Source of the DNA: Podarcis gaigeae
Taxonomy: Eukaryota
NCBI GenBank assembly: GCA_964106915.2
Contig: OZ066921.1
Strand: one strand, 5' to 3'
DNA length: 64,000 bases
Part shown: one piece after another, positions 49,670 to 60,720 of the stretch
Numbering within the stretch: the stretch's first letter is position 1
Layout: each line of letters opens with the position of its first letter
Translations under genes and position numbers: made by a program
The notes under the pieces: generated by a model
What the model saw: only the letters and a program-made list of their open reading frames with translations
The model's database searches: none
What the model was told of the DNA's origin: nothing

Positions 49670-51560
49670 ATGGAGACCCACAAGCGGGAGATGGAGCTGC
49701 TGAGCAACAGCATGGCAGCCTATGCACACATCCGAGGTGGGTCAGGAAATGGGGGCAGGGGCAGACATATATGTGAGCAATGGCAGTCTCTGGCACTTGG
49801 CCAGAGGTGGCATCTTGTTCCCACTATCCGTCCTCAGCACACTATCTTGGGATGTGGATGGAGGATCTTCTTCCTCCTGTTTCAAAATGGCAGGCCAACC
49901 TCCTTCCTTCCCATCCCCAGAATGGAGTCTGGTTTAACTGCATTTATGAACTGACCGGCCAATTTACCCACCAGCCTTTGGATTTCTTCTCTCAGAAGCC
50001 AATCTAGTCCACTGCATTTCAAGTTCAGGAACCCTCTTGGTCAACTTCATTATAAAAGTTATATTGCTCCATACAGTGCAGTGTGATTTAGGATACCTCC
50101 TTGACTTCATAATGGAAAACAGTGGGAGGCATTCAACACTGTGCTCTTTAATTCATTCATTCATTCATTCATTCATTCATTCATAAACTAATTCATATAC
50201 CGCTGTGTCACTGAGGATGAAGGCTATCCATCCCTTGATGTGCAATTCACAAACACCTGAAACTGAGCATTTAGAATGTGAAATAAATAAATAATACTCT
50301 GGTAACCATTTAAGAAAACTCAGCGAAAGACTACCATGTCAAATTAATTGCCTTCTTCCTGTACCCACTTCCGTATTCCCTCATTACATCCCAGCTATTC
50401 AAAGGCCATTTCTTTGTTTCACACAGAAGAAACTGTATCCCTATATTTTCTATATACGTCATACTACTTTCCCTCCACCATAGTATTTATCTAAGTTTTA
50501 AGCATTTAGTACTGAACAGCCCTTCACCTCCAGCTGCACAATAGTTTAAATCTCTGGTGTCTTTCAGTGTTTGGCTACTAAAATTCCAGCATCCACAAAG
50601 AAATGGCAAATCAACTCAGTTTCTTACCGCCTAATGTCTACAGAGGGACGCAGGTGGCGCTGTGGGTTAAAGCCTCAGCACCTAGGACTTGCCGATTGAA
50701 AGGTCGGTGGTTCGAATCCCTGCGGCGGGGTGCGCTCCCGCTGCTCGGTCCCAGCGCCTGCCAACCTAGCAGTTCGAAAGCACCTTCGGGTGCAAGTAGA
50801 TAAATAGGGACCGCTTACCAGCGGGAAGGTAAACGGCGTTTCCGTGTGCAGCTCTGGCTCGCTAGATGCAGCTTTGTCACGCTGGCCACGTGACCCGGAA
50901 GTGTCTCCGGACAGCGCTGGCCCCTGGCCTCTTAAGTGAGATGGGCGCACAACCCCAGTCTGTCAAGACTGGCCCGTACGGGCAGGGGTACCTTTACCTT
51001 TAATGTCTACAGAGTATGTGGGAGCCCCAGCTCTTAACCATTTCTGTCCCATTTACTACCATTTGAATCTCAAAAGCCGATCTCCTCTGTCGTCTTCCTA
51101 GCCTATCTGACCCTCTCCTCCATGTCTCTCTCATCTAGATCACCCTGAGAGTTTTGGCCTTTATTTCGTGCTGGGGGTATGCTTTGGCCTTGTCTTGACC
51201 CTCTGCCTGCTGGTCATCCACATCTCATGGCAGCCTCAAGCCATCCCCCGCAAGCCCCGAAAAAGCCTACGCGACTTCAGTGAAGATGAGGACGAGGAGG
51301 ATGATGACGATGAGGAGGAAGAAGACACCATTGACCAAGCTGCTTCTGAGCCCCCCTTGGCTATGACGGAGCTGCCGCTGGAGGCCCACTCCACCCCTGA
51401 TGGGACCCTCACCGTCAACGTCTTTGCCTCGGCGGAAGAGCTGGAGCGTGCCCAGCGGCTGGAGGAGCGGGAACGCATCCTCCGGGAGATCTGGCGCAAT
51501 GGGCAGCCTGACATCCTGGGCACAGGCACTGGCACCATTGGCAGAGTCCATTACTATTGA
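49670..51560 (+). CDS. EVA1B: Protein eva-1 homolog B (FAM176B), 2 coding exons (49670-49736, 51139-51560), 162 aa
   Basis: METHKREMELLSNSMAAYAHIR|DHPESFGLYFVLGVCFGLVLTLCLLVIHISW..NVFASAEELERAQRLEERERILREIWRNGQPDILGTGTGTIGRVHYY*. Kozak gccaccATGG; phase-1 GT-AG intron; syntenic with STK40. Confidence 0.96.
50151..50182. repeat. (ATTC)n microsatellite
   Basis: Direct reading. Confidence 0.9.
50645..51000 (+). mobile_element. Full-length Sauria SINE in the EVA1B intron
   Basis: tRNA-like head, ACCTTT tail, 13-bp TSD TAATGTCTACAGA; many CpGs retained, so likely young. Confidence 0.93.
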
Positions 51561-54349
51561 CCCATGGTTGGCCATGGTCACATTCCTCACCCGGGCAGGG
51601 TGGACTGCTACTGAACACTTGAACCCCCTTGCCTCACCCCAAGGGATTTATGGTTAATCATTTCACCCAGCCAGTATCTCAAACATTGCACGACCTGCCC
51701 TGATGCCAGATAAGAGGCAGGGTTTCGCAGAGGGGTGAGAGAGGATCAAGTGACAGTGATAAAATGGCAAGAAGGACCAAGATGAGTTAGTTAAACTGTT
51801 GGACAGCAAATTCAAGGACTCTGCTCCTTTTCCTCCTGGGAACTTGAGATGGAAGGCAATGCAGGCAAAGTAAAGGAGCAGCACACAGAACTAATGCCAG
51901 TTCTTTTGTTTACGTGTGAGGACTATTCCTGATTTTCACAATGGACGTGTGTAGGGAACACGGAAAGTGGTGTAGCAGTGCCCACTGCAGTAACAGAAAG
52001 GTACGGGGGTTGCAGTTCACCAGCCTGAACAGATCAAAGTCAGTACTTGCATGCAGGACTCTGGCTTGCATTGTGCTTAACTGATTTAGTAGGCAAAAAA
52101 GGAATATGGTGCTCTTGGGGAGGATTGTGGTGGCAGCAGGGGTGGTGGTGTCTTATTGCACCTGTCCAGGTACCTCTAAAGGGATGGGTTGGAGGGAATA
52201 GACTGCAAGGACCTTCAACCCACCTGCGCTTACACACAACCACATACCAAGGGAGACAGATCAACCGTGACAAAGTTCTGTATCTCCCTTTTTTCCTGGC
52301 TGTGTTGGAGGCCTGTTTTTCTCCTACCCCTCCCAAATGGTGCTTATTATTTCAAGGAGTTGCATAGGGAACAGGTAAGTACCAACTTCAGTATTTTTCC
52401 ACACTACCAGGAAACTCCCAGTGAATTCTCAGGGTGCAGCACTTCATCTCATCCCACCTTCAGCCAGGTTGATGCACAACTGAGGCGCATCCTGCAGGGA
52501 GGCAGCTTGGGGATGACCCCAGCACTTCCTTTGCTGCCTGACTCCTCTCATCCCACAAACAGGGTGTGGTTTGTCTAAGTATTATCAAGCAGCCTTTATG
52601 GCTCTTTCCCCGGATGGAAAAAGGGGAGGATTAGCAACCCTCCCACTGGTCCTGTGGTGCTTTGTGCCTGGTGCCCATGTACCCCAGAGGGGGACCTTTT
52701 CAACTTTGCACAGACCCATGTTGTATACAGGACAACCTTGGTTTTTAACAGGCCGGTAAACTTTTATGTAAAAATGTGCCTTATCTTTCATAAACATCAT
52801 TCCAGTTTTCCACAACTTGCCTTGTGGTCTCACCTCTGGTCCTCTGCCTAATTTTACCTGGGTAACAAGGAAAATGGGGGAAGCAGGCGGGAAGGCTAGC
52901 GTTCCCCTGCCCCTGGTGGAACCTCCTTTGGTTGAGATGCTTTGTCAATGCCTCTCTCTCTAAGCCCCCTAATGCACAGGAAGGAGCCAGATGGGAGGTA
53001 TGAGAGGGTGGGGGAGTCTGAGAGACTCTTGGCCATGTTCCAAGCATATTTTGGTAGTATAACTTCCTTTAACTTTCTCTCTGTCCCCATCCACACACAC
53101 ACAGACATGCCAACATGAAGAATGTCTAGTCTTTTCCTGAAAAAGGCTGGTTCTCCTCTGCACCAGACCTTCCCTGCGTTGGAAGAAGAGCTTTTTGTGC
53201 CCATGCTACTTGAAGGCTCTTACTGCCCTTCCTTGTTTGGGAGCCCTCTGCTTGGTTCCCACAAACCTCCTCCCACCCCCCACCTTGACTCAATCTTGGA
53301 AAACAGTAACAGGCTGGTGGGAAGGGTGGGGGGAGGTCAGGTTGGGGTTGGCTTCCCAGGGTCACAGCCTCTGTCCAGTAGCCGCATGCTTTCCCCCAGA
53401 GACACAGCACTGGTGATGTGGGAGGGGTGGAGAGTGAGAGCAGAGTAAATGTGTCTGGGCTGGGAATGGTCAGTGCGGAGCAGGGACAGGCACAGCTGAA
53501 AATCAGATGCTTAAAGAGTTTATTTTGCAATTAGGGAAAGCAACCAATTATTCCATCCAAGAAAACCCCACCCCTGACAGCATCTGGCCCCTGGTAGGAC
53601 ATTTGGGGTCATTGGTCCTGGGACAAAAAGGGCTCAAGGCACACACCCCTTCCTCCCTGCTCCTTTTGCTCTTTATCCCACTCCTCCCTAGTTTGGCTTG
53701 ATAAAAATAGCCCGTCCTCTCCTCCTGCTACTGCTCTAATTGGAGCCAGATGTTTTCCTGCAGGCGGGGGGGGGGGGGGCTGGGCAGGAAGTTGCCTGGA
53801 ATGCAGTGGATGAGTGGATGAGAAAGGGTGTTGGGGGAAGGAAGCCATCCTGCATCTAGGGAGTGGGAAAAGAAGGCAAGGCTTCTGGGTCCAGATGCCC
53901 CAAAGAGAGCCTGTGCCAGCCCAGGGTCTTCCCTGTTCCCATCTGTTGAAAGTTAGGAATGTGACATCTGTTTTTTGTATCCACATCATCAACTGTGTTG
54001 GGATTTCATGCACACAGCATCTCCAAGGCCACTGTCTCCAGTCACCCTGAAATCCTTCTGGGTCCTATCCTGCCCCACATTTTTTCAAGGCTTGTGTGCC
54101 ACTTCTTTCTGTCTGTGCATGGGAAGGTTATTATGCCAGCTTCTTAAGTGAGGCTTAATATCATTTTCCTTATATTATCTGGTGTAAGGGGGAAGTTAAT
54201 GAGTGATGCTTATGACCACCCCACCAAAACAAACATCTTTAGCTGGCAATTACTGTTGAAATTAAAACCTGACCTACCCAATTCAGTTTGGGTGGGGGAA
54301 TAGAAAGGAGGGCACCACAAATAAAATTTATGTCTGCAAGAGTCTAAGA

Positions 54350-54485
54350 TAGGCTTCCTAAACCTCAGCCCTCCAGATGTTTTGAGACTACAATTCCCAT
54401 CATCCCTAACCACTGGTCCGGCTAGCTAGGGATCATGGGAGTTGTAGGCCAAAAACATCTGGAGGGCCGAGGTTGAGGAAGCCTG
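54350..54485. mobile_element. Palindromic hAT MITE
   Basis: TIRs (T)AGGCTTCCTAAACCTC / GAGGTTGAGGAAGCCTG; 8-bp TSD GTCTAAGA. Confidence 0.9.
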
Positions 54486-56037
54486 GTCTAAGAGGTTCTG
54501 GTTCTGCCAGAGCTAAGAGTCGAAAGGTCCTGGCTAAGTAAATTTCTTCCCGTTCCCTGAAAAGGGGGCAAATGTCTTGATCCCTACAAGTGTGGGTGAT
54601 GAGACCCCAAACGGTGTTAGACATTCTCTCTCTACTGACCTGCCTCCTTGAGTCCCTTTAGGGTTATGAGCAGGACAAACAAAGGCACGTGCCATAGAAC
54701 ATACCACTTATCAAGCGACATCTATTCTTTAGGAGGGAACCATGATATACAAACTGCCAAAAAAAAAATACAGGTTCGGAAACTCCCTTCAACCGCTTGA
54801 AGGAAACAGGAAGTCAAAACTTCAGGCAGAGTCTCTTCTTTCTGGCCAGAACGGACTGCCTGGAGTTCTGCCAAACTGGGAGCCTGGAGGTTCTGAAGGA
54901 AACTGGTTCTTAGCCAGGCTTGTGCATGTGCTTGTTTAGTTTCAAGTAGTCATGACCGTATCTCTCCTCTCCCCAAAGAAGCCTGGGACCAGGATATTGG
55001 GTGCCTGGCCAGTGCTCTTGATAGCCATTTTATCCCTTTGAAAATCCAAGTTTCTAGCTGCAGAGAGGTCCTTTTTGCATGGGGCACCTTCTAAAGAGCA
55101 TCTCATCAAAAGCAGGGGGACTTGAGTTCCTCTTTGGTCTCAGTAAGCCATGGTTTGGCCTAGTGCAACATGAGAACAAGGACAACAAAATAAGTAATGG
55201 AATAGAGACATCCAGGAGTTGTCTACGCTAGACACTTACAGTTCCCCTAGAGTCCAACAGCACTTGTTTTGCACATTTAGCAGAGAGCTAACACATTGTT
55301 CCCTCATTTTTTATGGGACACCTACATGATGATGCCACCCAGTTGTTATCCTCTTGTGTGTTCTCCACAGTATCGGCTTTTTCTTCATCCATCTTCCCTT
55401 AAAAGTCTCTGCACTACACCCGCTGTCACAGGTGTGCATTTAAATCTTTTTAGGTATTGTCCATGGAGGATGGAGAGGTGGTTGTGGGTGTGCTGATGCA
55501 CATCTAAACACTGTGTGGCTTGAATGCAGCCTATTCTACAGAGGTTAAGAGCCATGTCTGTCACTTCACAGTGATATTTGTAAGCACTGGAGTACAGTTA
55601 TGGGAGCTGAACTCTACGAAGCCACAAAGCTCCGCCTCCAATTTGGGACTTACCTCCTTCTGTTAAATCATCCACATGCAGCCAAGGTCAACAACCAACA
55701 GACTGCAGAACAAGCCAATACAGAGACCATAAAGGGTGCTAATAGCTTGTGTAAAGTTCAGATTTCATCCAAGGTAGACCAGCTATCAGTCTGTAGAAAT
55801 GGGCTCTGAGCCTCACTCACAACAGATAAATTGGAAGAGAGTCTTCACTGTTGCTTTCACAAACATCAAAGGCTGGGGGCATGTGGAGTAGCCAGCTCCA
55901 GGGAACTACAAGCTTTTCCCTGCAGTCATGGTGGGAGCTGCTCCCCCAATGCTTTCTTCCCCCTGATGGCTGGTAAGAGCAGTTACATCTGTTTCTGTTT
56001 GACTGGGAACATAAGCTGGAGACCTCCAAGTCAGCAG

Positions 56038-58632
56038 TCACTCTGGGCTCCCCAACTTCTGTTTCAGGATCAAATACTATGAAGAGGGAGGGAGGGAAAA
56101 GAGAGAGAGAGGAAAGGAAGAAATAAGGAAATGAGTTGCAGATGAAGTATTGTCCTTTACACAGCACCTAGGGCACCATTGGTTCTGAAATGAATATTAA
56201 ATTGTAATAAGCACCAGTACCCAGTGGCGTAGCGTGGGGGGTGCAGGGGGGGCGGCCGCACTGGGGGCGACATCTGGGGGTTAGGGTTAGGGGGCGCAAA
56301 TCCATGGGTTAGGGGGCGCAAATTACTTGCCTTGCCCCGGGTGCTGACAACCCACGCTACGCCACTGCCAGTACCCACATTAGACTCCAATGGATAGTGC
56401 CTTTGACAGTTTTAGCTATTTGGTGCTGAACTGTCTGCGGAAGCGGACAAATGCCAGCTCCCTCGACTTGTAAAGTGAGATGAGCGCCGAAACCCCAGAG
56501 TCGTTCATGACTGGACTTGTCAGGGGTCCCTTTACCTTTTACCCACCCACTGAGATTAAAAGAAACGAAAGGTGAAGAATCATCCCAGACCCACCAGCTC
56601 TTTTCTCAATGGTGGGAGGGTGCTGTAGGCATCATCTTACAAAGGTGTGAACAAGAAGTCACAGCTCCGCACCACAGCACTGGCTCTCCTAGCATCTCCT
56701 CCCCATGCACAGGAGACACCCCATGGCTCCTTGAGGACCAGCTCTTATGTTCTTACGGCTGGCAATCGCTTGTTGCAGCCACAGCAGCTCCATGGCCAGG
56801 TGCTTTTGGTAGCACTGGAGGTCAGGCACAGCTTGGGGCATCTCTGGTACTCTTTGGAAATGAAGCTCTGCACAACAAGAGGTGCACAAAAGGTCAAGAA
56901 ACCACTCTTAGTCTGCCCCTCCCCTTGTCTCTCCTCTCTGGTTGGCTCCTCTTCCCTGCCCCCCACTACCAGGTAAGTTTATTGGGGCAGGGACTTGCCT
57001 TTTCAGCATAAGCAAAAAGCACTATGTTGGGTGATGATGCTGAAGAACAGAGAAAAACAGCAACTGTACTGCAAAGCAAAGGAAGACAGTGGGTGGGAGC
57101 TTGGAGTCTCAAATTGTTCCACATGCCTTACCTTGGCTCACCCTCGGAGACTCCATGTTGAGGATCATGCTGCTCCATTCAGATGACATGCTACTGTGGT
57201 GCTTGCCTTCCTCACTTTCTCCTAGCAAGCTGCAAGCATTCCCAGGGGGGCTGCCCACAAGATGCTCCTCAGCCTCAGTTTCTGCCACCACTTCAGCTGG
57301 TGATTGCATCTTGCAATCAAGGTCTTTTTTGGAGAGTAGCTCATCTTGACGACAAAGCACTGCCTCCTTTTCATGCAACTTGTTCTTGTTGGCCCCTGGC
57401 TTTTGGACACTTAATTCCTTGGCTTTTATTGGTTTCTGGACAGACTATATTTAAGACAGTGGAAGAAGAGCACAATTTTCAATGCATGGCTGCAACATTA
57501 AGTATCACCCTCACTTTTACTGACGTCAGTTTTCATTTCCCTCTTCTCTTTCCTCCTTGTGCAATTAAAAGCCAGCGAAATTATAAGCACTGCCAGCTTC
57601 TACCAAGAGCAGAAAGAACCAGTCACCATACCTTTGGAAGAAACACTGGCACAGGCATGGAATGACTGTCCCACTTCAGCCAATCCAGATCCCCTTCAAT
57701 CTCCTTGACGATGTTCTCATATTCCCCCTTTAAGCATTGAAATCTCTTCCTGACCAGGTAACCCCTGACATGAGCCTAGGAAGTAAATGAATCATAAAAA
57801 AATAACAATCACAAATTAGGAAGGAATTAAAGGCCATTAGCTCAAGCCTGGTTTAATAAGACAAGTCCACACAGGCCAGCCTTCTAGGGTTTCCATGAGT
57901 CCCCCCACTTCCTGGTCTTGTGGCTTTAAAAAGCAGCCCAACAAGCAGGAATTATATAGTGATGGTTTTTCTATCTCCACCTTTGCCAGGCTGCTGTAGA
58001 AGATGCAGGAGAAAGGCCAGTTAGGAAGTTGGCAGTCCTAGTATACTGCGCTCCTGACCCCAATCCCAAGAGAGGAGATGCTGGAGGCAGGAAAGGAAAG
58101 AAAGAGCTAAAGGCATATGTATGTGTGTATTTATATATTACATGCTACCACCACCACTTTTGAGAACTTTTCCCTATGGGCATTTTTTAACAGAAGCCGC
58201 CATTTCCATTTAAAAACAGCAACAGCAGAACAAAATGCTTTAAGCAGAGCAGTTTATTTGCTCCGAGGGAATCACTGAGGAAAGGGGTGGGATAGGTGAA
58301 ATGTGTATTTACGCAAAGCAGGCCGTGTTGGGAAGGGAGAGTATCTGCTTTGCATGCAGAAGCTCCCAGTTTTGCATGCAGAAGCTCCTCTCGCCTGCTT
58401 TGAACCCACATCAAGCCTCCCGCCCGCCCAGGGCTGCTGCTGCTTTTCAGGGTCCCCAAGGGGATGAGGCCACGATAGCAAGCATGAGGACGAGCACCCC
58501 TAGGTCTGCCTTGAGTGACAGGTCCACCATGCCAACCGATGCCACCCACTATCCTGCTTCCGGCACCTGAAGAGTCAACACTCTCCTCCTCAGCATCAGT
58601 CGTTGCCGCTCTTCCTCGCTCTCCTCCATCAT
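56038..58632 (-). CDS. IQCC: IQ domain-containing protein C, 5 coding exons (58632-58567, 57775-57632, 57444-57132, 56867-56749, 56076-56038), 226 aa
   Basis: MMEESEEERQRLMLRRRVLTLQ|AHVRGYLVRKRFQCLKGEYENIVKEIEGDLDWLKW..VFLPK|..|ELHF..HLAMELLWLQQAIASRKN|YLILKQKLGSPE*. IQ motif LQxxxRGxxxR plus the recalled IQCC motif HLAMELLWLQQAI. The exon 4 donor reads AT. The exon 3 acceptor has an in-frame alternative 9 nt downstream. Confidence 0.9.
56222..56367. mobile_element. hAT MITE with internal TTAGGG repeats
   Basis: 17-bp perfect TIR CAGTGGCGTAGCGTGGG; 8-bp TSD CCAGTACC. Confidence 0.92.
56443..56540 (+). mobile_element. Sauria SINE 3' fragment
   Basis: gccagctccctcg..aaagtgagatgagcgccgaaaccccagagtcg..ggggtccctttaccttt. 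Confidence 0.8.
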
Positions 58633-60000
58633 CTTCCTCAGCGTTGGCTGCCCTGGCAACCGCGCCTCTCGATGACGTCAGCGAAGCGCGACAACCGCGG
58701 GCTCTTTTCTTCTTCCTTTTTCCTTAAGTTCCTCAGAGCGGACGCTAAGTGGCGTTGTCCAGGCGCTCTCTTCGTTCTCCGGGCTGGATGACGGAGGCGA
58801 ATGTCTTCCGTCATTTCCTTCCAAATTAATTGTTGGTACAATTACATCGGTCGAGGGTTTCTCAGCAGGCGCCTATAATATCGTTCACTGCATTTTTAGT
58901 CTCCTGTTTCTCCAAATAACTGCCCCTTATTTTAGGGCTCATCCTATACGCTAATCCCTTATAACTGAAAGATGCAGGTTGATATACCAGTATGATATGA
59001 TATATTTAATGTAATATAATCTCCCCCCAACACACCTGCCCCCCCCCCCCACTGCCCGCAGCCAAGTCTTGTTGGCAACTGTTGGCGGCGAGCTCTCGCG
59101 AGACTTGTTCGCAAGGCATCGCGCATGCGCCTTTGAGCCGCGCCATTTTGGAACTGGCTGGCAGACTGGAGCGAGGCCTTGTGGGCGCGGCGGGGGAGAA
59201 ACGGCGGCAAAGAGGAGCGTTCAAAATCCGGGATCCCGACTGGAGCTGCTGTGCTTTGCCGGAACTGGGCTGGCAGGTGAGAGTCGCGGCGGCGACAACG
59301 CTTCCTCCTTCTGCCACACCGCCGACCGGCCTGAGGGAAAAGGAGGCGGAGGAAACAATGTTTGCGTGGGGGGGCGGGGCTCGTCGGGGGGGGGGCGGAA
59401 GAGGGAGGAGAAGCCGGGCTCTGAGGCTCCCATAGTTCGGTCTTTCGCCCCCTGCCTCGAGCATGCGGCCTCTCCGTCCTTCCCCCGTCTCCTTTCTTCT
59501 TCCAAGGGGAAAAAATAATGGGACTGAAGTTCCGTTGGGGTCCAGCTTGGTCGAGGGGCGGCAGTTGGAGGCTGATTGCGAGGGAGGGAGGGAGAGTGTA
59601 GATAGGGCAACCTGGGACGGGGGGGGGGGGAGTCGTACCCGACTTTACTTGGCTATGAAATGGGAGGGGAGCATAGCTGTCAACTTTCAGATTCGAAAAT
59701 AAGGGATCAGCAGCCTCGAAAATAAGGGATCCGCAGCCTCACCTGTCCCGGGGACAGTCTACGGGATATCTAACAATCCGGGATAACAGCGGGAAACGGC
59801 GCTGGAATAAGGGAATTTCCCGCAAAAAAAGGGAAGGTTGACAGCTATGGAGGGTAGGAAACGCGCGCGCACTCCCGCAGGTTAGGCGCTGAGATCCACG
59901 GGCGCTTTTCCTCCTCCGCCCCTTCTTTCTTTCCTCGGGTCTCGGATCCGAGCTTGCCACCTCTGGTGCGTAAGGGGGACTTTTCCCAAGTAACTCTTAT
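58600..60000. promoter_or_regulatory. Bidirectional CpG island promoter (IQCC on -, transposase-containing transcript on +)
   Basis: X-box GCTGCCCTGGCAAC 58647-58660; CRE TGACGTCA 58673-58680; TCTCGCGAGA 59094-59103; NRF1 GCGCATGCGC 59121-59130; YY1 CGCCATTTT 59141-59149; + strand donor CAG|GTGAGA at 59276/59277. Confidence 0.8.
59672..59849. mobile_element. 178-bp hAT MITE
   Basis: TIR CATAGCTGTCAAC (13 bp perfect, 16/17 extended); TSD GAGGGGAG/GAGGGTAG; internal 23-bp tandem duplication at 59694-59739. Confidence 0.88.
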
Positions 60001-60720
60001 GCCTTGGGGTTGCAACTGCAACTCCTCCTTTCACCGAGGACTGCCTTCTCTTCTGCTAGTTCGTTGGGCCAAGGAGCGTGCTTGGTGATAGTTTTAATTC
60101 CTCCGGTTTCCTTCGCGCCTGCCTCCTATGGTAGTATCGCCGTTTCACTCTGCAGTAAGACATTCTGACCTAACCCTTTTTGCTGCCGACTTTAGCGTAT
60201 GCTTCCAGTGCAATCGGCATGGATTTCGTTGCATGTTCTTATTTTAAGGCTTGCTTGTTCACAAGTACATGGTGTTCTCGTCTGGAGAAGGGAACATTGA
60301 TTGCATGTGTCTTGTCTCTTTTTCCCAGCCTGGCCTTCTAGGTGATCTGGATTCTGAACATGAGGCCTGGATATTTTGCAACCTGTTGCCTCAGCTTGTG
60401 GGGCAATAAAGGTAGCTGGATGTTGACCTGCAGAGTCTGCTTCGGTTGAAAGGGAAAACGTTGACTAAAAAGGGAATTGGGATTAAAACCAGCTCAGTCA
60501 CTTTTCCACTTCAAACACTTCTGAAGTCTGCAGAAGCCACCTCATGAACTTTTGAAATTCTCTTTAAATTCAGGATAACACCTTGGACTACTATTTTCCC
60601 ACATGGAATGGATAATTGTATAAACTTCTTAAGTTCTGCATACTACTTTCAAGAGCTGTTTTTGCTTTCTGGTTCAAACATTTCAAGCAAAACTGAGATT
60701 TAGTGCTTCTACGCAACAAA

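Noticed and set aside
58959-59702. Overlapping ORFs in the IQCC/transposase CpG island, and an in-frame N-terminal fusion to the transposase
   Set aside because: GC-rich artefacts. The candidate exon 1 has no ATG, and the in-frame stop at 60694 leaves only a weak AG at 60702-60703 for a fusion.
60703-60720. ORF-track start (GTG) of the transposase
   Set aside because: The eukaryotic start is more plausibly the ATG at 60721 (A at -3; MPKRKC is a typical basic N-terminus).
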